Below are positions 9,132 through 17,361 of a stretch of DNA of 32,135 nt, in pieces; positions within the stretch are counted from its first letter, which is position 1, and every line of letters begins with the position of its first letter. This DNA is from an uncultured bacterium (GTDB taxonomy: Bacteria > SAR324 > NAC60-12): positions 1 to 32,135 of the forward strand of contig CAXGMD010000039.1 in NCBI GenBank assembly GCA_964010765.1. The letters are read 5' to 3'. Position numbers and translations under genes: made by a program. The notes under the pieces were generated by a model that had not been told where the DNA came from, made no database searches, and saw only the letters and a program-made list of their open reading frames with translations.

Positions 9132-10004
9132 TTATTTTTTCAGAACCTCAACCATCTTCTCGCCAATATCGGCAGGGGTGGGTACGACATGAATACCAGC
9201 ATCTTGCAGTGCAGCCATTTTTTCGGCAGCAGTACCTTTACCACCAGAAATAATGGCACCAGCATGGCCCATCCTTCGCCCAGGAGGAGCGGTTTGCCCT
9301 GCGATGAAGCTGACAATTGGCTTGGTCACATATTCTTTGACGAAAGCGGCTGCCTGTTCTTCAGCGTCTCCACCAATCTCGCCAATCATCACAATCGCTT
9401 CAGTTCCAGGGTCATCCTGAAACATCCGCAGACAGTCAATAAAATTGGTCCCGTTTACGGGATCTCCCCCAATTCCGATACAAGTGCTCTGACCTAGGCC
9501 TACTCCACTGAGTTGACCTACAGCCTCGTATGTCAAAGTTCCGGAACGTGAGACTACACCAATTTTACCAGGCTGATGAATGCCTCCAGGCATGATGCCG
9601 ATTTTACATTCTCCCGGAGTGATGATCCCAGGACAGTTTGGCCCAATCAATCTGACTCCCTGCCGTTTTACATAATTTACCGCTCTCACCATATCTTGGA
9701 CAGGCACACCTTCGGTAATCGCCACAATGAGAGGGATTTTGACTGCAGCTGCTTCAATAATAGCGTCTGCGGCAAACGGAGGTGGAACGAAAATCATGGT
9801 TGCATTCGCCCCAGTAGCCTCCACTGCCTGTTTCACAGTGTTGAAAATTGGAACCCCTTCGAAATCTTGCCCACCCTTGCCGGGGGTCACTCCACTGACA
9901 ATATTGGTTCCATAATCCCTACAACCACGGGTATGAAGTTGTCCTTGGGATCCAGTGATTCCTTGAACCAAGACTCGCGTTTCGCTGTTGACGAGGACTG
10001 TCAT
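9132..10004 (-). CDS. sucD: Succinyl-CoA synthetase alpha subunit
   Basis: [38 protein letters not shown], phospho-His motif RMGHAGA; GAAAGG SD. Confidence 0.97.
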   Translation of the reverse strand: MTVLVNSETRVLVQGITGSQGQLHTRGCRDYGTNIVSGVTPGKGGQDFEGVPIFNTVKQAVEATGANATMIFVPPPFAADAIIEAAAVKIPLIVAITEGVPVQDMVRAVNYVKRQGVRLIGPNCPGIITPGECKIGIMPGGIHQPGKIGVVSRSGTLTYEAVGQLSGVGLGQSTCIGIGGDPVNGTNFIDCLRMFQDDPGTEAIVMIGEIGGDAEEQAAAFVKEYVTKPIVSFIAGQTAPPGRRMGHAGAIISGGKGTAAEKMAALQDAGIHVVPTPADIGEKMVEVLKK

Positions 10005-10035
10005 ACTTTCCTTTCAATACTCATTTGAGGGGTGA

Positions 10036-11211
10036 TCAGGCAACAGCGGCAACTGCTTTTTCAGCAGCATCTCTTAAACCATCTGCCATTTGGAGGCGAC
10101 TACCAAGACCAGAATCATTGACGATTTGATGTGCTTCTGCTGCATTAGTTCCTTCCAAACGGACCACAACCGGCACCTTTAGGTCAACATTCTTTATCGC
10201 GGCAACAACACCCGCCGCAACCATATCACACCTCACAATCCCACCAAAAATGTTGATCAAGATGCACTTTACATGTGGATCGCTGGAAATCAACCGAAAC
10301 GCCAATTCAACTCTTTCCTGGGTACTCCCCCCCCCAACATCAAGAAAATTGGCTGGTTCACCACCACAAGCCTTAATGATATCCATTGTCCCCATGGCAA
10401 GACCAGCACCATTGACCATACACCCAATCGAGCCGTCCAATCGAATGTAATTGAGGTCATTTTCTGAAGCTTCTGTTTCAGCGGGATCCTCTTCGTCAAG
10501 ATCTCTCAGCTCAAGCGTATCCTTGTGTCGAAACAAAGCATTGTCATCGATTGTGATCTTCGAATCCAAGGCAATGACCCGGCCATCACCAGTGAGCACC
10601 AAAGGATTGATCTCAACCAAGGAGCAGTCTTCATTCACAAAGGCCTCATAAAGCCCTTGGAACAGAACTGCTGCGGGCCTAATCAATTTTGGATTGATCT
10701 TGTCAATCTCTAAACCATACGCCAACTCGGTAGCTTGGTAGGGCCTCATTCCAATAGTTGGATCGATACCAACTTTAAGAATTTTTTCAGGGGTGTTCGC
10801 CGCAACCTGCTCAATGTCCATCCCCCCTTCTGTGGAAGCCAGCATCACCACTTGCTGAGAACCCCGATCAACAAGCAATGAGACATAAAGTTCTTTCTTG
10901 ATGTCCATTCCTTCTTCGACAAGGACTCTTTTAACTTGCTGTCCCTTGGGCCCAGTCTGGTGAGTAACCAGTTGCATCCCAAGAATCTGCTCTGCATTAG
11001 TACGCACAGCTTCCAAGCCTTTTGAAACCTTAACACCACCACCTTTTCCACGTCCACCTGCATGAATTTGCGCCTTCACCACACAGATCTCAGTTCCCAG
11101 TTCTTCTGAAGCACTCACAACTTCATCCAGTGTGAATGCAACTTTTCCACGGGGTATGGTTACGCCGTATTTGGCTAAAATTTGTTTCGCCTGATACTCG
11201 TGTATTTTCAT
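10036..11211 (-). CDS. sucC: Succinyl-CoA synthetase beta subunit
   Basis: [73 protein letters not shown]. Confidence 0.97.
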   Translation of the reverse strand: MKIHEYQAKQILAKYGVTIPRGKVAFTLDEVVSASEELGTEICVVKAQIHAGGRGKGGGVKVSKGLEAVRTNAEQILGMQLVTHQTGPKGQQVKRVLVEEGMDIKKELYVSLLVDRGSQQVVMLASTEGGMDIEQVAANTPEKILKVGIDPTIGMRPYQATELAYGLEIDKINPKLIRPAAVLFQGLYEAFVNEDCSLVEINPLVLTGDGRVIALDSKITIDDNALFRHKDTLELRDLDEEDPAETEASENDLNYIRLDGSIGCMVNGAGLAMGTMDIIKACGGEPANFLDVGGGSTQERVELAFRLISSDPHVKCILINIFGGIVRCDMVAAGVVAAIKNVDLKVPVVVRLEGTNAAEAHQIVNDSGLGSRLQMADGLRDAAEKAVAAVA

Positions 11212-11299
11212 CAGTCCTCTTAGAATGGAATAACGACTGTTGATATTCCCAATTATTCAAGGCTAGGCAAGCAAGAGTTAGCTATCGTTGAATTCAATT

Positions 11300-12280
11300 T
11301 CAATTTAGCATGCTCTTCACAGCATCTCTTTCTTCTTCCAACTCTTTGCGAGTGATATCTAGCTTAGCTTGGGCGAAATCATTCAATGCAACGCCCTGCA
11401 CAATTTCATAGCTTTCTCCATTGCTACGCAGTGGGTAGCTGAAGAGCAAGCCTTCTGGAATTCCGTAACTTCCATCGCTGGGAACCGCTGCGCTGAACCA
11501 ATCTCCTGCTGGGGTGGGCTTTTCTAAACGCATGATTGTATCGAGAGCAGCGTTTGCTGCGGATGCTGCCGAAGAAGCCCCTCGAGCTTTGATGATCGCT
11601 GCGCCACGTTGTTGAACCACACTGATGAATTCACCTTTCAGCCATTCATGATCTGTAATCACCTCAGTAGCCGGTTGGCCTTGAATCAGTGCATTGTAGA
11701 AATCAGGATACTGGGTCGCACTATGATTTCCCCAAATAGCAACATTGCTGACCTCACGAGTTAAAACTCCAGCCTTTTGGGCCAGCTGACTTTTGGCTCG
11801 ATTTTCATCCAATGCGGTCATAGCAAACCAGCGATCTGCGCCGATTTTTGGGGCGTTGTTCATGGCGATTAATGCATTGGTATTACAGGGATTCCCTACC
11901 GTAATGATACGTACATTTTCACCTGCATTATCGTTGATTGCTTTACCTTGACCAACAAAGATCTTCCCATTGATTTCCAGGAGATCTTTCCGCTCCATTC
12001 CGGCTTTTCTGGGAGCGGCTCCCACCAATAAGACATAACCTGCATCGCCGAAAGCGACATTCGCATCCGAAGTACAGGTTACTTTTTCCAATTGAGGGAA
12101 AGCACAATCATCCAATTCCATCTTGACCCCTTCCAGTGCAGGAAGGGCTTGCTCCAGTTCCAGCAGTTGAAGTTGAACTGCAGTATCAGGTCCGAAGATT
12201 GCTCCAGAGGCTAGTCGAAACACCATTGCATAGCCAATTTGGCCTGCCGCCCCGGTTACAGCAACTTTTACTCTTTTCAT
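11300..12280 (-). CDS. mdh: Malate dehydrogenase (cytosolic/Thermus-type MDH)
   Basis: [64 protein letters not shown]. Confidence 0.96.
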   Translation of the reverse strand: MKRVKVAVTGAAGQIGYAMVFRLASGAIFGPDTAVQLQLLELEQALPALEGVKMELDDCAFPQLEKVTCTSDANVAFGDAGYVLLVGAAPRKAGMERKDLLEINGKIFVGQGKAINDNAGENVRIITVGNPCNTNALIAMNNAPKIGADRWFAMTALDENRAKSQLAQKAGVLTREVSNVAIWGNHSATQYPDFYNALIQGQPATEVITDHEWLKGEFISVVQQRGAAIIKARGASSAASAANAALDTIMRLEKPTPAGDWFSAAVPSDGSYGIPEGLLFSYPLRSNGESYEIVQGVALNDFAQAKLDITRKELEEERDAVKSMLN

Positions 12281-12333
12281 AAGCTAGATCCTTGATCAGC
12301 TGAGTGTCTATTGATTAGAAATCAGAAAAATTA

Positions 12334-13563
12334 TTAACTCATCGCTTTCTGCAGACCACTGTCTAAAGCGTCCAAAAATTCATCTGTATATACGTAATTT
12401 TCCTTAGATGGATTGGTGCTTCCAGTGATTGCGACAGCTAGATCTTTGGTCATCACCCCACCCTCAATAGTACTTACGCACACTTTTTCGAGAGTTTCTC
12501 CAAAACGAATCAAGTCTTCATTGCCATCCAATTTTCCACGATGCTTGAGGCCAACTGTCCAGGCAAAAATACTGGCAACGGGGTTGGTGCTGGTTGGCTT
12601 GCCTTTTTGGTGATCCCTGTAGTGTCGGGTAACGGTTCCATGTGCGGCTTCAGCTTCGATTGTCTTGCCATCCGGACACACCAAGACCGATGTCATCAAT
12701 CCCAATGAACCAAATCCTTGGGCAACCGTATCAGACTGAACATCACCATCGTAATTTTTACAGGCCCAAACGATTCCTCCGTCCCACTTGAGTACTTGAG
12801 CAACCAAATCATCGATGAGTCGGTGCTCATAGGTCAATCCTGCTTTATCAAACTGCTCTTTGAATTCAGCGTCAAAAACCTCCTGAAAAGTATCTCTGAA
12901 CATTCCATCATATTGTTTGAGGATGGTGTTCTTTGTGGAGAGGTAGAGCGGATAGTTTTTCGACAAAGAATAACTCATACAAGACCGAGCAAAGTCTATG
13001 ATCGATGCCTTGGTATTGTACATTCCAAGTGCTACCCCCGCTCCTTCAAATTGATAAATCTCATGATTAACAGCCTCTCCTCCATTAGCAGGCTCAAAAC
13101 TAATTTTTAGTGTTCCTGGGCCACTCACCTTGAAATCTGTAGCTTTGTATTGATCAGCAAATGCGTGACGACCAACAACGATGGGTTTTTTCCACGCTTT
13201 GACAAGTCTGGGGACATTGCTGCAAATGATAGGTTCCCTGAAAACTGTGCCTCCCAAGTAGTTGCGCAACGTTCCATTAGGAGACCTCCACATTTTCTTG
13301 AGATTGAATTCTACTACTCGATCCTCGTCTGGAGTGATAGTCGCACATTTGATTCCGACATTGTGCTCTTGAATTGCTTTTGCTGCATCTAAGGTAATTT
13401 GATCGTTCGTTTCGTCCCTTTTCTGGACTGAAAGATCATAATACCGCAGATCAATATCAAGGTATGGGTGAATCAATTTGTCCTTGATTTTCTGCCAAAT
13501 GATTCTGGTCATCTCATCGCCGTCCAGTTCAACGACTGGATTGGCTACTTGAATCTTGGCCAC
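12334..13563 (-). CDS. icd: NADP-dependent isocitrate dehydrogenase (homodimeric, eukaryote-like type II)
   Basis: [62 protein letters not shown] start with GGAG SD. Confidence 0.97.
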   Translation of the reverse strand: MAKIQVANPVVELDGDEMTRIIWQKIKDKLIHPYLDIDLRYYDLSVQKRDETNDQITLDAAKAIQEHNVGIKCATITPDEDRVVEFNLKKMWRSPNGTLRNYLGGTVFREPIICSNVPRLVKAWKKPIVVGRHAFADQYKATDFKVSGPGTLKISFEPANGGEAVNHEIYQFEGAGVALGMYNTKASIIDFARSCMSYSLSKNYPLYLSTKNTILKQYDGMFRDTFQEVFDAEFKEQFDKAGLTYEHRLIDDLVAQVLKWDGGIVWACKNYDGDVQSDTVAQGFGSLGLMTSVLVCPDGKTIEAEAAHGTVTRHYRDHQKGKPTSTNPVASIFAWTVGLKHRGKLDGNEDLIRFGETLEKVCVSTIEGGVMTKDLAVAITGSTNPSKENYVYTDEFLDALDSGLQKAMS

Positions 13564-13854
13564 GATTTACTCCAAGAAGAGGGTTTATGAAATTGTTTGT
13601 AAAATAACAACCCAGAGTGTGGATTCACTCTAATTAGTAAGAATATTTAAACTTGCAGACACTACAACAACCTAGATAATTTTCAATTGTTATCTAAAAT
13701 CCTACCCACTTAGCTGCTTGTAATAATGATCTGATTTTACAATCAACTGGGATTCATCCTTAGTAAATTCAATCAACTAGATACCTTGACAAAACTATTT
13801 GATCGCTTGATGATGTGCAAAAAATTTTTTGAATATTTTTGACCCTTCCAAAAA
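13564..13854. promoter_or_regulatory. Divergent promoter region between the icd operon and a hypothetical gene
   Basis: AT-rich 291-bp gap; TTGACA at 13786-13791 with GATGAT 17 bp later (+ strand); inverted repeats AGAGTG/CACTCT (13614-13631) and TAGATAA/TTATCTA (13673-13696). Confidence 0.45.
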
Positions 13855-14328
13855 ATGACTCTGTCTCAAAAATTACGGCTTCAGCAGACCAAAACTCTTA
13901 AATCCGGACAAATTTATAGTTTTGTTCTTGAGCACAAAAATTATCGGATCAACGAACCAGATCAATTTCTGGAAAACTCACTGATTAGCTTTTTTGCATT
14001 TTTAGATGCTGAAAATAACCTACACCATTTCAATAGGTTAGCAGCTACACAACCGGCAAAAACAAAACTTAACGAAATTTTACAAATTCCATCTATTAAA
14101 AAAATTCAGATCTATGAAGTGACTGGTGCGAGTGAGCAGGAGATGAATTCAATCAAGGTGGATGAGTTAAATGCGAGTGAGCAGGAGCAGGTTCAACTTC
14201 TGAAGAAATTATCCGGGACTTTTACCGTTGTAGAGAGAAGTTCTGCAAAAGGAAACGAAGTGGAGTTGGAAAAATATCTCACTGAAAATATGAGCGATTA
14301 TATTGATTCACAAGACCTACCTGTCTGA
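13855..14328 (+). CDS. Hypothetical protein (157 aa)
   Basis: Only long ORF in the interval, downstream of a putative sigma70 promoter; no family recognised; internal 16-nt repeat TGCGAGTGAGCAGGAG (14127-14142, 14172-14187) encodes ASEQE twice. Confidence 0.7.
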   Translation: MTLSQKLRLQQTKTLKSGQIYSFVLEHKNYRINEPDQFLENSLISFFAFLDAENNLHHFNRLAATQPAKTKLNEILQIPSIKKIQIYEVTGASEQEMNSIKVDELNASEQEQVQLLKKLSGTFTVVERSSAKGNEVELEKYLTENMSDYIDSQDLPV

Positions 14329-14715
14329 CTGCTCTTGACTCTCAAACGCTCTGGGTTCCAGGACAATTCCATAATTAACCTGGTATTTCTTCCCCTCATT
14401 AGTAACATTTCGCCGAAGAGCAGCTTCCACAATTTGCCGCAATTCTTGCAACTCTCTCTCCCTACGTTGGTTTCTTTCTGCAATCAGATCTGGCCTTGCT
14501 GCAGCTTGTTGTTCAAGAATATCCCTGCGCTCTACAGCTCGAGTCTTAGCATTTTCCAACGATCCTGTATGACTCTGCATGAAGCAGTTGTATCTTGCCT
14601 GCTCAGACAAATAACAATCCCTGCGATACTTTTGGGCGGAGGCTCCAAAGGGAAGCATAAGGGTGAGAAAAAAAATGGTCCCCCTAAAAATTTTCACAAG
14701 ATTTTGTCTTTTCAT
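14317..14715 (-). CDS. Hypothetical exported protein with Sec signal peptide
   Basis: From ATG 14715: MKRQNLVKIFRGTIFFLTLMLPFGASA-QK (basic N region, hydrophobic H region, A-x-A site); helical charged mature part; ORF track start is 14730. Confidence 0.6.
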   Translation of the reverse strand: MKRQNLVKIFRGTIFFLTLMLPFGASAQKYRRDCYLSEQARYNCFMQSHTGSLENAKTRAVERRDILEQQAAARPDLIAERNQRRERELQELRQIVEAALRRNVTNEGKKYQVNYGIVLEPRAFESQEQSDR

Positions 14716-15112
14716 TTTGACGTTTAACATTGCTCAGGCTCAGGAAAATGTTGTCCAAAGTGTGCAGATAGATTTGCAAATTCAAAACCTGATTCGGCAA
14801 GAATCAGCTGACGCTGTTGACAGAATCTATGCTGCTGAGCTAGAGGAAGTGAGAAACACAGCAAATCAAATTCAAGATGTTGCGAACTCTCAGCCACAGC
14901 CAGTGCCTTATGTACCTTTTCGGCTGAGGGAAGCGGCTCAAGAATCTTGGAATGCAGAACTAAAAGCAATGCGTGATGCTTACGAAGCACATATCAAGGA
15001 ACGTTATGATCGCTTTACTGCTATTCGCAATAAAGATATGCCACTGAAAGGCCGACGAATGGACTACAACGATTATAACAGCCAGTTCCAACCGATTGAG
15101 CGTCGTGAATAA
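14675..15112 (+). CDS. Hypothetical exported protein with Sec signal peptide
   Basis: From ATG 14675 (or GTG 14663): MVPLKIFTRFCLFILTFNIAQA-QE; helical mature region; ends 18 bp before mnmA. Confidence 0.62.
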   Translation: MVPLKIFTRFCLFILTFNIAQAQENVVQSVQIDLQIQNLIRQESADAVDRIYAAELEEVRNTANQIQDVANSQPQPVPYVPFRLREAAQESWNAELKAMRDAYEAHIKERYDRFTAIRNKDMPLKGRRMDYNDYNSQFQPIERRE

Positions 15113-15130
15113 AAACTTGATGCAAGGAAT

Positions 15131-16234
15131 ATGGCAGGACCAAGGGTAGCAATGGCGATGAGCGGTGGAGTAGATTCCTCCGTTGCTGCGGCTTTGCTAA
15201 AAGAAGAGGGCTATCAGGTGATCGGACTTCATCTGAAACTGTATCAGGGCCCTGAAGCAAAAAAACGACTCAAGAGTTGCTGCTCACTTGATGAGGCTCT
15301 AGATGCTAGGCTGATTTGTGAGCGGTTGGAAATTCCATTTTATGTCCTGGATTTTCAGGAAGATTTCCAGTCAAACGTAATTGATTATTTTGTCAATGAA
15401 TACGCTTTAGGTAGAACTCCAAACCCATGCGTAATGTGCAATCGTAAGGTCAAGAGTGAGCTTCTACTAAAAAAAGCAGACGAGCTAGATTGTGAATTCT
15501 TGGCAACGGGCCACTACGCAAAAATTGTGAAAAATGACTCTGGAAAAATTGAGCTTCATCGACCAAGAGATCGCAAAAAAGACCAGACCTATTTTCTTCA
15601 TGGTATTCCCTATTACCAACTCCAGCGCTTGATCTTTCCGTTACAAGACCATATCAAATCTGAAGTCCGACTCATCGCTGAAAAGCTCAAACTTGATTCT
15701 GCATCCAAGCCAGACAGTCAGGAAATTTGCTTTATAGATGAAGACTATCGTCAATTTCTGAAAGCACAGAATCGCATCACTGAAAACCCAGGTAACTTTA
15801 TAAACTTAGACGGCAAAGTACTGGGCAAACACAGGGGTGTTCCTTTCTACACTATCGGACAACGCAGAGGCTTGGGGATTAGTGACAGGACACCATGGTA
15901 TGTGGTTGCCATCAATGTTGATGAGAATCAGGTGGTTCTTGGCAAAAGAGAGAATCTCCTTTTCAATGAGGTTCAAGTAAAAGAAATCAACTGGCTCATT
16001 GAACCCCCGAAAGATCCCAGAGAGGTCATGGTCCAGTTGAGATATTCTCATCGAGGATGTGAAGCGATATTGACACCTCTGGCAGCAGATCAGGCGATTT
16101 TGCATCTGCCCCATTCTGAGCGTGCTGTCACCGCTGGACAAGCAGCCGTGTTTTATAAGGGGGATCGAGTGCTTGGTGGTGGTTGGATCGAGAGTTGCTC
16201 CAATGAAGAAACCTCGATAGACATCCCTGCATGA
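15131..16234 (+). CDS. mnmA: tRNA-specific 2-thiouridylase
   Basis: PP-loop AMSGGVDSSVAA, GRTPNPCVMCN, ATGHYA, KDQTYFL, DSQEICF, YTIGQRRGLG, GQAAVFY; AAGGA SD. Confidence 0.96.
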   Translation: MAGPRVAMAMSGGVDSSVAAALLKEEGYQVIGLHLKLYQGPEAKKRLKSCCSLDEALDARLICERLEIPFYVLDFQEDFQSNVIDYFVNEYALGRTPNPCVMCNRKVKSELLLKKADELDCEFLATGHYAKIVKNDSGKIELHRPRDRKKDQTYFLHGIPYYQLQRLIFPLQDHIKSEVRLIAEKLKLDSASKPDSQEICFIDEDYRQFLKAQNRITENPGNFINLDGKVLGKHRGVPFYTIGQRRGLGISDRTPWYVVAINVDENQVVLGKRENLLFNEVQVKEINWLIEPPKDPREVMVQLRYSHRGCEAILTPLAADQAILHLPHSERAVTAGQAAVFYKGDRVLGGGWIESCSNEETSIDIPA

Positions 16235-16725
16235 ACATCATTTTGATTGGTTTCATGGGGGCAGGCAAAACCACTGTTGGAAGAAAATTAGCAAATCGCC
16301 TCGGTTATTTCTTCCTGGATACTGATCAGCAAATTGAGAAACAGCAAGGCTGCACAATCGAGGAAATATTCCGGTATGCGGGAGAAGCAACCTTTCGGGA
16401 TTTGGAAACAAAACTTTTGGAAAATCTCCAAAATGTGCACAACACGATTCTTTCGACCGGGGGAGGGATGTTTCTCCGATCAGAGAATCAAGAATTACTG
16501 AAAGGCATTGGCAAAACCGTTTATCTTCAGGTGGATCGAGAGACCCTAAAACAGCGGTTACAATGTGACCAACACAGACCCTTGCTCCAGCAGCCAAACT
16601 GGCAAGAAAACGTTAACCAAATGCTTCAGCAGAGAGAACCCGTTTACTTAACAGCTGATTTGACCATAAAAGCTCAAGATGGACCGCCTAACGTGATGGT
16701 GAGTCGAATTATTGAGGCCATCTGA
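16231..16725 (+). CDS. aroK: Shikimate kinase
   Basis: IILIGFMGAGKTTVG, DTD, GEATFRDLE, STGGG, RPLL; ATGA overlap with mnmA. Confidence 0.95.
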   Translation: MNIILIGFMGAGKTTVGRKLANRLGYFFLDTDQQIEKQQGCTIEEIFRYAGEATFRDLETKLLENLQNVHNTILSTGGGMFLRSENQELLKGIGKTVYLQVDRETLKQRLQCDQHRPLLQQPNWQENVNQMLQQREPVYLTADLTIKAQDGPPNVMVSRIIEAI

Positions 16726-16956
16726 ATGGCTGAATCTCCCAATTTTGAAAATTCCCTTCAGCAACTCAACGAAGCTGTTCGTCGCCTTGAAAGTGGTGAT
16801 TTGGCTTTGGAAGAAGCGCTGCAAGCTTTTGAGGAAGGTATCCGCCACAGCCGGGACTGCCACCGGCTACTTCAAAGGGCGGAAGAACGCATTGAAATGA
16901 TTTTGAAAAACGAACACGGCGAGTACGAGGTAGTTCCGATGAAGGAAACCGAATAG
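16726..16956 (+). CDS. xseB: Exodeoxyribonuclease VII small subunit
   Basis: FENSLQQLNEAVRRLESGDLALEEALQAFEEG...CHRLLQRAEERI pattern, 76 aa. Confidence 0.93.
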   Translation: MAESPNFENSLQQLNEAVRRLESGDLALEEALQAFEEGIRHSRDCHRLLQRAEERIEMILKNEHGEYEVVPMKETE

Positions 16957-17361
16957 CACGCCCTGACGCTCAGTTTCGGACTGCACTTGCAGTCGTGGTC
17001 CTGCTTCCAAAAGCAGAACCTAATGACGCCAGAAAACAATAGGCACAATCATTCAGAAGCTCAGATCACGATGAAATATTGAGGAACTGTTGTTCCTCTG
17101 CTTCAACGAATCGAATTTTGAAACCCAAATTTGTTGGATCCTGGTTTCCACAGTTTTGAAATCTTCATGACTTTGTCTGAAGAAATCACAGCAATCAGAG
17201 GATTGCTGGACTGCTGGAAATCTAAAAAAAGCCCGTCTTTGGAACCAACTATCAGAAGCCTAATACAAGCTCTTTCTGTCCGCCACTAGGTTGCTGCCAC
17301 CAGAAGACCCACCTCTCGGAACCAAGCGTCATCATCTCCAATTTCCTTACAAAGGAGAAGG
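16957..17361 (+). promoter_or_regulatory. Long structured leader / 5' UTR region of rne
   Basis: 405-nt gap with no long ORF; hairpins GACTGC/GCAGTC (16979-16994), GAGGAAC/GTTCCTC (17081-17098) and CAGCAATC/GATTGCTG (17189-17208); strong AAGGAG SD before the rne ATG. Confidence 0.5.

Noticed and set aside
9132..13563. Reductive TCA or 2-oxoglutarate carboxylase interpretation of the carboxylase plus icd/mdh/sucCD
   Set aside because: The carboxylase has acyl-CoA-type CT domains, not the pyruvate/oxoglutarate type; sucCD look canonical; no citrate lyase or ferredoxin oxidoreductase is in the window
14335..14727. 130-aa plus-strand ORF antisense to the exported-protein gene
   Set aside because: Composition typical of a shadow ORF; the minus-strand ORF has a credible signal peptide and natural composition
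16723..16728. aroK TGA directly followed by in-frame xseB ATG
   Set aside because: Ordinary tight operon packing; both proteins have normal lengths
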